DNA of 64,000 bases, taken from Microcystaceae cyanobacterium (lineage in GTDB: Bacteria > Cyanobacteriota > Cyanobacteriia > Cyanobacteriales > Microcystaceae). Below, one piece after another: positions 10,890-21,092 of the stretch. The DNA lies in the NCBI GenBank assembly GCA_041746575.1, contig JBGTGT010000101.1, forward strand, positions 43,859 to 107,858, read 5' to 3'. The position numbers were made by a program, and so were the translations under genes. Each line of letters begins with the position of its first letter. Positions within the stretch are counted from its first letter, which is position 1. The notes beneath the pieces are model-generated. The model was not told the origin of the DNA. It saw only the letters and a program-made list of their open reading frames with translations, and did no database searches.

Positions 10890-12806
10890 ATGATGATTGC
10901 AACGAAGACAGTCTTTCCCATTGATTTAAGTACCTATCAAACCGTAACTTTAGATCCTAGCCAACCTGAATTAACCCAATCCCAAAAAGAAGCCCTCAAA
11001 GCGAATATTCAACTTTGTCGGGATGTTATCGTCTTTTTCACGGCAACCGGCGCGGCCAGAGGTGTCGGCGGACATACGGGTGGACCCTATGATACTATCC
11101 CCGAAGTGATGATTCTTGATGCTTTCTTCAGAGGTGCGCCTGATCAATTTGTCCCCATTTTCTTCGATGAAGCCGGACATCGAGTCGCGACTCAATATCT
11201 AATGGCTGTGTTACGGGGGCATTTACCTGCCGAAAACCTGCTCCACTATCGAGAAGCTCACTCTAAACTGCCCGGCCACCCTGAATTAGGACTAACCCCC
11301 GGTGTGGAATTTAGTTCAGGACGCTTAGGCCATCTCTGGCCTTACATAAACGGGGTTGCCAAAGCGAATCCCCATAAAGTGGTCTTCTGTTTAGGGTCGG
11401 ATGGAGCGCAACAAGAAGGAGATGATGCAGAGGCGGCCCGTTTTGCCGTTGCTAATGGTTTGAATGTTAAATTACTGATTGACGACAATGATGTAACCAT
11501 TGCGGGTCATCCCTCCCAATATCTCCTCGGTTATGATCTGAGTCGTACGTTAGGTGGTCATGGTTTAGCCATTTTATCGGGCAAAGGTGAAGACTTAGAT
11601 GACCTCTACCGTCGGATGTGTCAGGCAGTGACGACAGAAGGTCCCGTTGCCGTGATTAACTCGCGGAAAATGTGTGTTGGCATCGAGGGATTAGAAGGGT
11701 CAACCCATGGCCACGATGTTATTTCCCTTGATTTGGCGATCGCTTATTTAGAAGAGCGCGGTCATGATGAGGCGATCGCTTATCTTAAGAGTATTCCCAA
11801 AGGGAAAAATCCCAATACCTATCTGGGTTCAGGCAGTGAAATGGGGTCAAACCGTAATATTTTCGGAGATACGGTAGTTTCGATTTTGTCCGAAATGAGT
11901 CAAACAGATCGCAAAGAGAAGATTCTTTGTGTCGATAGTGACTTAGAAGGATCTTGTGGACTGCAACAAATTCGCAAAGCCTATCCTGACATCTTCGTCA
12001 GTGGGGGAATTATGGAACGAGGGAATTTCTCGGCGGCGGCCGGTTTTGGCATGGAAAAAGGAAAGCAGGGCATTTTTGCGACCTTTAGTGCCTTTCTAGA
12101 GATGTGTATCTCGGAAATTACCATGGCACGACTAAACTACTCTAATGTTCTTTGTCACTTTTCCCATGCAGGGATTGATGACATGGCAGATAATACCTGT
12201 CACTTTGGCTTAAATAATATGTTCGCTGACAATGGCCTAGAGGACGGTTATGAAACGCGTTTGTATTTTCCGGCCGATGCAGGACAAATGAAGGCCTGTG
12301 TGAAAGCCGTATTTGATGACCCTGGCTTACGGTTCATCTTTTCAACCCGCTCTAAAGTGCCAAATTTGTTGGATTCATCGGGAAATAACCTTTATGGCGA
12401 GGGTTATACCTTCACACCGGGCAAAGATGAAGTGGTACGAGAAGGGACAGCCGGTTATATTGTTACCTTCGGCGATAGTGTGTATCGTGCCTTAGATGCG
12501 GTGGAGCGATTGAATCAGGAAGGCATCGAAGTGGGATTAATCAACAAATCAACCTTAAATGTCGTAGATGAAGAGATGATGCGGAAAATCGGTCAATCTC
12601 CCTTTGTGATGGTGGTAGAAGCCTTTAATCGTCGTACGGGATTAGGCAGTCGTTTCGGGTCTTGGTTATTGGAACGGGGTTACACACCCAAGTATGCTTA
12701 CCTAGGAACCTATAAAGAAGGTTGTGGGGGACTGTGGGAACAATATCCCCATCAAGGAATTGATTCGGAGGGAATTATCAGTCATGCTCGTAATTTATTA
12801 GGTTAA
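10890..12806 (+). CDS. divergent transketolase-family ThDP enzyme
   Basis: GGHTGG, LPGHPE, SSGRLG, GSDGAQQEG...DDN, ERGNFSAAAG, TFSAF. Confidence 0.85.
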   Translation: MMIATKTVFPIDLSTYQTVTLDPSQPELTQSQKEALKANIQLCRDVIVFFTATGAARGVGGHTGGPYDTIPEVMILDAFFRGAPDQFVPIFFDEAGHRVATQYLMAVLRGHLPAENLLHYREAHSKLPGHPELGLTPGVEFSSGRLGHLWPYINGVAKANPHKVVFCLGSDGAQQEGDDAEAARFAVANGLNVKLLIDDNDVTIAGHPSQYLLGYDLSRTLGGHGLAILSGKGEDLDDLYRRMCQAVTTEGPVAVINSRKMCVGIEGLEGSTHGHDVISLDLAIAYLEERGHDEAIAYLKSIPKGKNPNTYLGSGSEMGSNRNIFGDTVVSILSEMSQTDRKEKILCVDSDLEGSCGLQQIRKAYPDIFVSGGIMERGNFSAAAGFGMEKGKQGIFATFSAFLEMCISEITMARLNYSNVLCHFSHAGIDDMADNTCHFGLNNMFADNGLEDGYETRLYFPADAGQMKACVKAVFDDPGLRFIFSTRSKVPNLLDSSGNNLYGEGYTFTPGKDEVVREGTAGYIVTFGDSVYRALDAVERLNQEGIEVGLINKSTLNVVDEEMMRKIGQSPFVMVVEAFNRRTGLGSRFGSWLLERGYTPKYAYLGTYKEGCGGLWEQYPHQGIDSEGIISHARNLLG

Positions 12807-13143
12807 CCCTCAAATAGATTCGTTTTGAGAGGAGGGGATACCGTTTCTTAGGTTGGGTTTTATTTGACCTATACATTGACATTTGCTGATCAACGTGAGT
12901 TCGACCATCAGAAAATCTACGAGACTTCTTTATTTAATTTTTTTGTGCAGGGGTTTTGGGGGGCTAGTACCCCAATCAAGAATTTGTTTTTCCTTATCCC
13001 AATGAGAACGGACAAAAAAATTGAGATAATTGCCCTCGTCGAACTCACGTCGATAAGATCAAAAAGGCAAGAAAACTCGGTCAAAAATTGAATTTTAAGT
13101 TTTTGTGGCAAATTTTGAGCAGAATCCCTTTTCAACCTATCTC

Positions 13144-13194
13144 ATCTATCTTAAGATAGATTTTTTATGACTTAACGATCTATATTTAGACAGA
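13144..13194. promoter_or_regulatory. candidate operator: perfect 18-bp palindrome ATCTATCTTAAGATAGAT plus a degenerate copy
   Basis: 13144-13161 and TCTATATTTAGACAGA at 13179-13194, upstream of the CmpX-like gene. Confidence 0.5.
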
Positions 13195-13318
13195 ATCCGT
13201 AAAAAATAGTAAGAATTATTCTACTATCAGTCTTGATTAGATTTAGAATTATTTAACAGAAAATTTCAAAATTTCGACTTAACCTTTAATTGTTGTCAAT
13301 ACAAGGAAAAAATTCATC

Positions 13319-14947
13319 ATGCCCATTTTGACAAATATTAGTAACCTAATAGCGTTACCACTACCCATTGCTCAGCTGGATGTCAGAACAACACCTCCTT
13401 GGCTAGATTTTTATGGAGACAGTGCAGGAGACGAGCTCATAAGATTTGGTAAAGCCTTTCTTATTCTGATAATTGGCTGGATTGTCGCTATTATCATTAA
13501 AAATGTGGTGCGAGGACTGCTAAAACGCACCAGCATTGATAATCAAATCGCCAGTTGGATTGGCGGCGAATCAGCTAGAGAAATCCCGATCGAAAGCTGG
13601 ATTGCGGAAGTTGTTTTTTGGTTGATTTTTCTGTTTGCCGTGGTGGCCTTCCTCAACATCCTGCAATTAGAATCGGTTTCTCAACCTCTCAATAGTTTAC
13701 TGGGGCAAATCACCGTTTTTATCCCTCGTATCCTCGGTGCAGCTGCCTTATTAGGTCTTGCTTGGGTGTTAGCGACATTAGTCAAATTGATTGTCACTCG
13801 CAGTTTTGAGCGATTTAACCTCGATCAACGACTAGGACAGGTCGATGAAGGGAGTAATCAGATCCCTTTAAGTTCAACCATCGGCAATGCTTTATATTGG
13901 TTCATTTTTCTGCTCTTTTTACCCGCTATCCTTAGCACTCTCAGCTTAGAAGGGACACTCGTTCCTGTTCAAAGTCTGCTCAATAAGATTTTAGACATCT
14001 TACCCAATGTCTTTGCGGCCATTATTTTAGGGGGTGTTGGTTGGATTATTGCTCAAATTGTTCGACGGGTGGTGACGAATCTCTTAGCGGCCACGGGAAT
14101 TGATCAAGCGGGTAGTCGCTTTGGTTTTACTCGTAACTTGGGGGTTGGTCGTCAATCGCTCTCTTACATTTTAGGAACGGTCGTTTATGTCCTTATTTTA
14201 ATTCCCACCGCTATTATTGCCCTAGATGCGTTGAAAATTAGAGCTATTTCAGATCCTGCCACGGAAATGCTCAATCAGGTACTGGCTCTCTTACCTAAAC
14301 TCTTTGCCGCAACGGTGATTCTTGGATTGGCTTACATTGCCGGACAATATTTATCTCAACTGGTTGCCAGTATTCTCGCCAGTATCGGGTTTAATAACCT
14401 ATTTCAATGGTTAGGTCTTGCCTCGGCGACACCCACACCCACTCGGACGATGGTTGTCGACACGGATATCAATGAAATTGTTGAGACGACGCCGACGCGA
14501 ACCCCTTCGCAAATTGCAGGGGTTATTGTCCTTGTCACAGTAATGTTGATTGCCACCTTAACGGCGGTAGATATTCTGGAAATTGAAGCCCTAAAAACCG
14601 TAGTGGGCGTAATTTTGGCGATCGCCGGCCAAGTCTTTGTCGGCCTCGTCGTCTTTGCCATTGGACTTTATTTATCTAATTTGGCTTTTAACTTGATTAC
14701 CAGTTCCCATACTCGTCAGTCAAGAATTCTAGGACATACGGCTCGAATTGCGATTCTTGTGCTTGTTTCAGCTATGGCATTACAACAGATGGGAATTGCA
14801 CCCAATATCGTCAATTTAGCCTTTGGCTTATTAGTGGGTGGCATTGCCGTAGCGATCGCCCTTGCTTTTGGTTTAGGGGGTCGAGAAGTGGCTGGTGAAC
14901 AGTTACGCAGTTGGTTAAATACCTTTAAAAACAGTAATGATAGATAA
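13319..14947 (+). CDS. CmpX-like / mechanosensitive-channel-associated TM-helix repeat protein
   Basis: Repeated 'LP.I..A.IL...GW.IA' units; C-terminal IVNLAFGLLVGGIAVAIALAFGLGGRE. Confidence 0.85.
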   Translation: MPILTNISNLIALPLPIAQLDVRTTPPWLDFYGDSAGDELIRFGKAFLILIIGWIVAIIIKNVVRGLLKRTSIDNQIASWIGGESAREIPIESWIAEVVFWLIFLFAVVAFLNILQLESVSQPLNSLLGQITVFIPRILGAAALLGLAWVLATLVKLIVTRSFERFNLDQRLGQVDEGSNQIPLSSTIGNALYWFIFLLFLPAILSTLSLEGTLVPVQSLLNKILDILPNVFAAIILGGVGWIIAQIVRRVVTNLLAATGIDQAGSRFGFTRNLGVGRQSLSYILGTVVYVLILIPTAIIALDALKIRAISDPATEMLNQVLALLPKLFAATVILGLAYIAGQYLSQLVASILASIGFNNLFQWLGLASATPTPTRTMVVDTDINEIVETTPTRTPSQIAGVIVLVTVMLIATLTAVDILEIEALKTVVGVILAIAGQVFVGLVVFAIGLYLSNLAFNLITSSHTRQSRILGHTARIAILVLVSAMALQQMGIAPNIVNLAFGLLVGGIAVAIALAFGLGGREVAGEQLRSWLNTFKNSNDR

Positions 14948-15016
14948 TTAGAAAGGATTCACGGGTAACTGGTTAAGGGTAACGGGTTACCCATCAGCGA
15001 TTACTGAAATAAAACC

Positions 15017-16375
15017 ATGGATTACGATTTTGATTTGTTTGTTATCGGCGGTGGCTCGGGAGGAATTGCTACCGCTAGACGGGCGGCTGAGTATGGTGCA
15101 AAAGTAGGACTGGCAGAAGGGGGGCGTTTAGGGGGAACGTGTGTAAATAAGGGCTGTATCCCCAAAAAATTGATGGTATATGCCTCCCGATTTCCCGATC
15201 AATTTGCCGAATCCCAAGGTTACGGATGGAGCGCGGTAGAAAGTCATCTTGATTGGCCAAAAATGATTAAGGCGGTTAATCAAGAGGTAGAGCGGCTCAA
15301 TGGCATTTACTTAGGAATGTTAGAGAAAGCAAAGGTTCAGCTTTTTCGTGCTTATGCTCAATTTCTAGATCCTCACACTCTTAGGATCGGCGAGCAAACC
15401 GTCACTGCCGCTAAAATTTTAATCGCTGTAGGAGGTCACCCTGTAATACCAGATATTGCAGGAATTGAACACGCTGTCGTTTCGGATGCTATGTTTACCC
15501 TACCCCAACAACCGAAAAACATCGTCATTATCGGAGCAGGTTATATTGGTGTAGAATTTGCGTGCATGATGCAAAAATTAGGTACGAAAGTGACCCAATT
15601 AGTCCGTAGGGATAAGATTTTGCAGGGATTTGACGATGATCTCCGCACAACGCTTCAAGAAGAACTGGAAAGACAGGGTATCACCCTTTTCACTCAGACA
15701 AATCTGATCACCATTGAAAAGACCTCAGAGGGGCTAAAAGTTTATATTGAGCAAGAAAAAAGCAAAAAATCAACAATCTTGCTCACAGATGCTGTCGGAC
15801 TGGCGGCAACGGGACGAAATCCCCAGATAAATTCGTTAGGTTTAGAAAAGGCCGGCGTCGTCGTTACTAAAGGGGCGATCGCTGTTGATCAATATAGTTG
15901 TACCTCCCAACCCCATATCTACGCGGTAGGAGACTGTACTGATCGGCTCAATTTAACGCCAGTGGCGATTAATGAAGGCAGAGCCTTTGCAGATACAGAA
16001 TTCGGCGGAAAACCCCGCATAATGAGCCACGAAAATGTTCCCTCGGCGGTCTTTACCACGCCAGAAGCAGCCACAGTGGGGCTAACGGAAGCAGAAGCCA
16101 AAGAAAAATACGGAGAAAATGCTATTTCTGTTTATCGAACGAAGTTTCGCTCAATGTACTATATTTTGCCGAATAAAGACCAAAAAACCCTGATGAAGTT
16201 GGTGGTAGAAAAAGCAAGCGATCGCGTATTGGGGGCGCACATGGTGGGAGATCATGGAGCGGAAATTATTCAAGGAATCGCAATTGCCGTAAAAATGGGC
16301 GCAAAAAAAGCAGATTTTGATGCAACCGTTGGTCTTCATCCCAGTTCAGCCGAAGAATTTGTCACTCTACGGTAA
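15017..16375 (+). CDS. gor: glutathione-disulfide reductase
   Basis: GGGSGG, GGTCVNKGCIPKK, HPSSAEEFVT. Confidence 0.95.
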   Translation: MDYDFDLFVIGGGSGGIATARRAAEYGAKVGLAEGGRLGGTCVNKGCIPKKLMVYASRFPDQFAESQGYGWSAVESHLDWPKMIKAVNQEVERLNGIYLGMLEKAKVQLFRAYAQFLDPHTLRIGEQTVTAAKILIAVGGHPVIPDIAGIEHAVVSDAMFTLPQQPKNIVIIGAGYIGVEFACMMQKLGTKVTQLVRRDKILQGFDDDLRTTLQEELERQGITLFTQTNLITIEKTSEGLKVYIEQEKSKKSTILLTDAVGLAATGRNPQINSLGLEKAGVVVTKGAIAVDQYSCTSQPHIYAVGDCTDRLNLTPVAINEGRAFADTEFGGKPRIMSHENVPSAVFTTPEAATVGLTEAEAKEKYGENAISVYRTKFRSMYYILPNKDQKTLMKLVVEKASDRVLGAHMVGDHGAEIIQGIAIAVKMGAKKADFDATVGLHPSSAEEFVTLR

Positions 16376-16384
16376 TTATTCAAG

Positions 16385-18706
16385 TTAAATCAATAAATGT
16401 TCCGCTTTTTCTATTTTGTGGGGTTCTGACTGACGCACTGCTTCGATGGTGTGTAAAATAGCTTCTGGTGTCGCAGGAGAAGGTAAGGGAATGTAATCGG
16501 GATTGCCAAAGGCAGAAATGGCTTCTCGGATCGCTTCTCGGACGGAAATCGCCAACATAAAGGGGGGTTCACCCACCGCTTTTGAGCCATAAATCACACC
16601 GGATTGAGGGGCATTTTCTAAGAAATTAACAGTAAATGCCTCAGGAATCTCGCTAATGGTGGGAATTTTATAAGTACTCGGTGCAAACGTGCGTAATCTG
16701 CCCTGTTCATCCCAAACTAATTCTTCCATCGTTAACCATCCCATCCCTTGCACAAATCCGCCTTCAATTTGACCTTTATCTATTAAAGGATTGAGAGATG
16801 CCCCAACATCATGGACAATATTGACTTGACGGAGTTTAAAAGTCCCTGTGAATCCGTCTATCTCGACCTCACTGACTGCCGCACCAAAGGCATAATAATG
16901 AAAGGGTCGTCCTTTGCCAATTTCGGGATCATAATACAGATTGGGGGTGCGATAATAACCTGTTGCCGCTAAGCTGACTCTATCTAAATAAGCTTGTCCG
17001 ATCACCTCGTCAAAACTTACTCTCTGGCGGGGATTTTCTGAGCAATAAATCCAATCATCACTGAAAATTAATGCTTCTGGGGCATAAAGCTCTAATAATT
17101 TAGCCGCAACGGGGGCAAGTCTTTCTTTTAACGCTTCACAAGCATTTTTCACCGCTTGTCCGTTTAAATCTGACCCACTGGAGGCGGCCGTTGGTGAGGT
17201 ATTGGGAACTTTATCGGTACTGGTTGGCATCAGACGAAAACGGTTAATATTAACGCCTAAGGATTTCGCGGCTACTTGTAACATTTTAGTATGCAATCCT
17301 TGACCCATTTCAGTCCCCCCATGATTAAGCTGAATACTGCCATCAAGGTAAATTAAAATTAATGATCCGGCTTGATTATATTCATTTTTAGTAAACGAAA
17401 TGCCAAATTTGACGGGCGTAATAGCCAAGCCTCGTTTTTTGTAAGTATTGTGCTGATTGAATTGTTGAATCTGCGTTTTTCTTTCGATAAAATGAGCTTG
17501 CTCTTTGAGTTGTTGCCAGACCGTTTGTAGGCGATTATCCCAAATTTCTTGTCCATAATGGGTTGTATTGGTTTCTCCTTCGCTATGGTAAAAGTTGCGT
17601 TGGCGAATATCTTCAGGAGATACTTTGAGATGACGGGCAATGTGGTCTATGATGTCCTCTATGACGACCATTCCCTGTGGCCCCCCAAATCCCCGAAAAG
17701 CCGTATTAGAAACGGTGTGGGTTTTCGTAATCCGTCCCCGAACCGCTAAATTAGGGATATAGTAAGCATTATCAATGTGAAATAGAGCGCGTCCCATTAC
17801 GGGTGGGGATAAATCTAAACTCCATCCACCATGGGAATATAAATCAACGTCTAAGGCGGTAATTGCGCCTTTTGAGGTAAATCCAACGCGATAACAGCCT
17901 AAGAAGCCATGACGCTTTCCAGTCATCAACATATCGTCGTGACGCTTTAAGTGAACTCGGACAGGTTGCCCCGTTTTTTGTGCCGCTAAGGCTGCCACTG
18001 CCGCGCTAGGATTGGCTTGGGTTTCTTTGCCGCCAAATCCCCCTCCCATTCGTAAACACGTCACCACCACTTGATTGCGAGAAATGCCTAACACCCGCGC
18101 AATGATAATCTGGGTTTCGGTGGGATGTTGAGTAGAGCAATAGACTTGATAATGACCTTCAGTGTCGGGAATCACCCAAGTTGCTTGTGTTTCGAGGTAA
18201 AAGTGGTCTTGTCCTCCCATTTCCACTTCTCCTTCTAATGTGTATTCTGATTTTTCTAAAGCAGTGATGGGATTGCCTCTCGTAATACTTTGAGTGTTTC
18301 CTTGAAAACTTTCGGCTTGTATTGCATCTTTGATGGTGATAATTGGGTTCAAAGGATCATATTCAATCTTGACTCGCTTTGTGCCTTCTCTAGCGGCATT
18401 TTCTGTCTCGGCAACAACCCAGACTACCGCCTGTCCATAATAACTGACTTCATCAGTTGGCAGTAAAATTTCATCTTGAGTAATTGTCCCTGTGTCATTA
18501 ATGCCTGTCACATCGGCGGCAGTGATCACGGTGACGACGCCTGCTACCTCATAAGCAGAGGTCAAATCGATCTTTTGTATTTTAGCGTGAGCATAGGGAG
18601 ATAAAACGGGATAAATTGATAGCATATCGCTGGGAATACGCTGATCATCGGTATAAGTGGCCTGCCCTGTAACGTGGTATTCTGCGCTTTCGTGATTTCT
18701 TTTCAT
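16385..18706 (-). CDS. xdhB: xanthine dehydrogenase molybdopterin subunit
   Basis: GGQDHFYLE, RMGGGFGGKE, AFRGFGGPQG, KFGISF, SKAVGEPP. Confidence 0.93.
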   Translation of the reverse strand: MKRNHESAEYHVTGQATYTDDQRIPSDMLSIYPVLSPYAHAKIQKIDLTSAYEVAGVVTVITAADVTGINDTGTITQDEILLPTDEVSYYGQAVVWVVAETENAAREGTKRVKIEYDPLNPIITIKDAIQAESFQGNTQSITRGNPITALEKSEYTLEGEVEMGGQDHFYLETQATWVIPDTEGHYQVYCSTQHPTETQIIIARVLGISRNQVVVTCLRMGGGFGGKETQANPSAAVAALAAQKTGQPVRVHLKRHDDMLMTGKRHGFLGCYRVGFTSKGAITALDVDLYSHGGWSLDLSPPVMGRALFHIDNAYYIPNLAVRGRITKTHTVSNTAFRGFGGPQGMVVIEDIIDHIARHLKVSPEDIRQRNFYHSEGETNTTHYGQEIWDNRLQTVWQQLKEQAHFIERKTQIQQFNQHNTYKKRGLAITPVKFGISFTKNEYNQAGSLILIYLDGSIQLNHGGTEMGQGLHTKMLQVAAKSLGVNINRFRLMPTSTDKVPNTSPTAASSGSDLNGQAVKNACEALKERLAPVAAKLLELYAPEALIFSDDWIYCSENPRQRVSFDEVIGQAYLDRVSLAATGYYRTPNLYYDPEIGKGRPFHYYAFGAAVSEVEIDGFTGTFKLRQVNIVHDVGASLNPLIDKGQIEGGFVQGMGWLTMEELVWDEQGRLRTFAPSTYKIPTISEIPEAFTVNFLENAPQSGVIYGSKAVGEPPFMLAISVREAIREAISAFGNPDYIPLPSPATPEAILHTIEAVRQSEPHKIEKAEHLLI

Positions 18707-18848
18707 TGTGTATGTGTATTAGAAGGGTTAATCGTCAACAATCTTTTACGATTATTAAAAAGTGAGAATTCTAGGGAAATTAATGTCTTTGTTAATTAGA
18801 AATACCCTATTATTTCTTTAATAAGCATTAATGATTATGGATAATAAT

Positions 18849-20267
18849 TCATTGTCGATTCTCCATTTCTACAAAAAACTTTTCAAATAGATTTGCCACT
18901 AACATCTTGCGATATTCGGCACTTCCTCGTAAATCAGTCAAAGGGGTAAAAGTATCTTTCAAAAGGGATTTAATCTTTTGTATGGTATGAATATGCCAAG
19001 GTTTACCCTCTAAAATAGATTCTATTTCATAAGCTCGAATGGGTATCGCCGCTACCCCTCCATAACCGAGCCTTGCTTGAATAATAGATTGCTTCTCGTC
19101 TAAATCTACTGTAAATCCTGCCGCCACAATACTAATATCATCCGTTCCCCGTTTACCGATTTTATACGATTGACTGAGGCGACGCACCGTACCTAGCGGT
19201 AAGGTTTTGGGAATCTGGACAGAAACAATCACTTCTCCTTTTTTTAGGTCAGTTTGACGATATCCTTTAAAGAAATCGCCTAAAGGTAAAATCCGTTCTC
19301 CCTCAATCCCCGCAATACGTAACTTTGCATCTAAAGACAATAAAATGGGTGGCATATCGCCAATGGGTGATGCTGTACCGATATTTCCGCCTAAAGTCGC
19401 TCGATTTCGGACTTGACGTGCAGCAAACCAATGAATCATTTCATCTATACTGGGGAAGACGCCTTTTAATCGTTCTTCAATATGACTGAGGGTGACTGCT
19501 GCACCAATTTCTACTAATTCGCTGTTTTGTTCTAAAATATGCAACTCTGTTACGGATTCTAAGGAAATTAAGAGGGGATAATCTTGGCGATGATGACTCA
19601 ATTCTAGGCCTAAATCCGTTCCTCCCGCGATTAAAGTTGCTTCTGGGTGGTGTTGTAAAAGGTGTAAAACCGTTTCTAAGTCAGTAGGACGATAAAATTG
19701 ATGATTTTCGTCTTGATAAATGAATTCTTGAGGGTTTGAAGTATATTGTTTTAATTTTTCACTAAAATGGTCTTGAGGACAACTATCCGTCACCATTTTG
19801 GCCGCTTGACGAATGGGTATATAACCAGTGCATCGACATAGATTGCCTTCTACGGAGATATCATCTACTTTTCCATCATAATAGCCAGAAAATAAGCTCA
19901 TTATAAAGCCGGGTGTGCAGTAACCACATTGGGAACCCCCAGTCTTCACCATAGCATTTTGTACGGGATGCAGTTGTCCGTCTTGCACGAGTCCTTCAAC
20001 TGTCACGATTTCTTGGCCTAAAACCGAGCCTAGCGGGATAAGACAGCTATTCATCGCTTGGTAGTGAGGTTTTCCTTCGGTATCTACCCCAATTAGGGCA
20101 ACCGTACACGCACCGCAATCCCCATCACCACATCCTTCTTTTGTTCCTACATATTCTTTTTGTCGTAGATACTCTAATAAGGTTATAATTGGGGAAATAT
20201 TTTTAATATTAATGATTTTTCCATTAATTTTTAGGATGGTCGTGCAGTTTGCTGTTTGAGTCATCAT
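18849..20267 (-). CDS. xdhA: xanthine dehydrogenase Fe-S/FAD subunit
   Basis: GTKEGCGDGDCGAC, QCGYCTPG, GNLCRCTGY, AGGTD, RNRATLGGN. Confidence 0.93.
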   Translation of the reverse strand: MMTQTANCTTILKINGKIINIKNISPIITLLEYLRQKEYVGTKEGCGDGDCGACTVALIGVDTEGKPHYQAMNSCLIPLGSVLGQEIVTVEGLVQDGQLHPVQNAMVKTGGSQCGYCTPGFIMSLFSGYYDGKVDDISVEGNLCRCTGYIPIRQAAKMVTDSCPQDHFSEKLKQYTSNPQEFIYQDENHQFYRPTDLETVLHLLQHHPEATLIAGGTDLGLELSHHRQDYPLLISLESVTELHILEQNSELVEIGAAVTLSHIEERLKGVFPSIDEMIHWFAARQVRNRATLGGNIGTASPIGDMPPILLSLDAKLRIAGIEGERILPLGDFFKGYRQTDLKKGEVIVSVQIPKTLPLGTVRRLSQSYKIGKRGTDDISIVAAGFTVDLDEKQSIIQARLGYGGVAAIPIRAYEIESILEGKPWHIHTIQKIKSLLKDTFTPLTDLRGSAEYRKMLVANLFEKFFVEMENRQ

Positions 20268-20482
20268 ATTGCTATCAGTGAAGGAACAGGAAGGATCGTT
20301 TATTCAACTAGCATAATGGAATTTGAGATTTCCTGCATACTGTATACAATAGCAAGAAGCGAAACTATCTTTGCGAGTTTTTTACTTTATCTTTATAAAA
20401 TTGGTCAAGTGGGGAATGTGAGTTAGTAATTCAGTCATTAAAACGACTGCTCGAGTAAAAAGAAAAGATAACGGTATTTTTT

Positions 20483-20761
20483 ATGAACTCAACTTCTAAT
20501 TTTGTCGCTTACTCTCACCCCATTCGCTCTATTATTCCTCCTCCTAAAGGATGGAATTACCAGCTTTCTCAAAATTCTTCTGGCAAGTGGTTGATTAAAA
20601 TGTATTATCCTCCTCACAACAATACTAAAATATGGATTTTGCAACAAGTTACTGCCCAAAAGTGGTTACTTAGTATTGATGATATTCCTCAATTTTTTCT
20701 ATCGCCTGAAAACGTTTTACACTTATTGAATCTTTTGCAACAAGAGCTTTGTTTTGAATAA
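20483..20761 (+). CDS. hypothetical protein
   Basis: 92-aa ATG ORF divergent from xdhA; no recognised motif. Confidence 0.5.
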   Translation: MNSTSNFVAYSHPIRSIIPPPKGWNYQLSQNSSGKWLIKMYYPPHNNTKIWILQQVTAQKWLLSIDDIPQFFLSPENVLHLLNLLQQELCFE

Positions 20762-21092
20762 TATTCAATTAAAAAACAGGAACTGACACTTAAATAATTT
20801 TTGGTAACGCTATTGATTATCAAAAAACGCAATTTTGTATTAAACATGAAAACGCTAGTTTTTGGGTAGATTGAGATGCTAGACAAGAAAGAATAAGAGA
20901 AATATTAGAAAGTGATTCTCAGGATAATTGAATTGATGGTCTTAGGAGTGATGGCAAAATCATTAAATTACCAGTGACAAAATTATGCAATTAATGATAA
21001 TAATAATTGTCTCGATTTATGAGTTTCTGAATAATTAGATAACTTCCCCTCAAATTATTGTATAAATAATCTTACGCTTTAAAATAAACCTG

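Noticed and set aside
12864..13135. Two short opposing ORFs and a GGGG/CCCC hairpin between the transketolase-like and cmpX-like genes
   Set aside because: Non-ATG starts and no motifs; the hairpin is single-copy in this window
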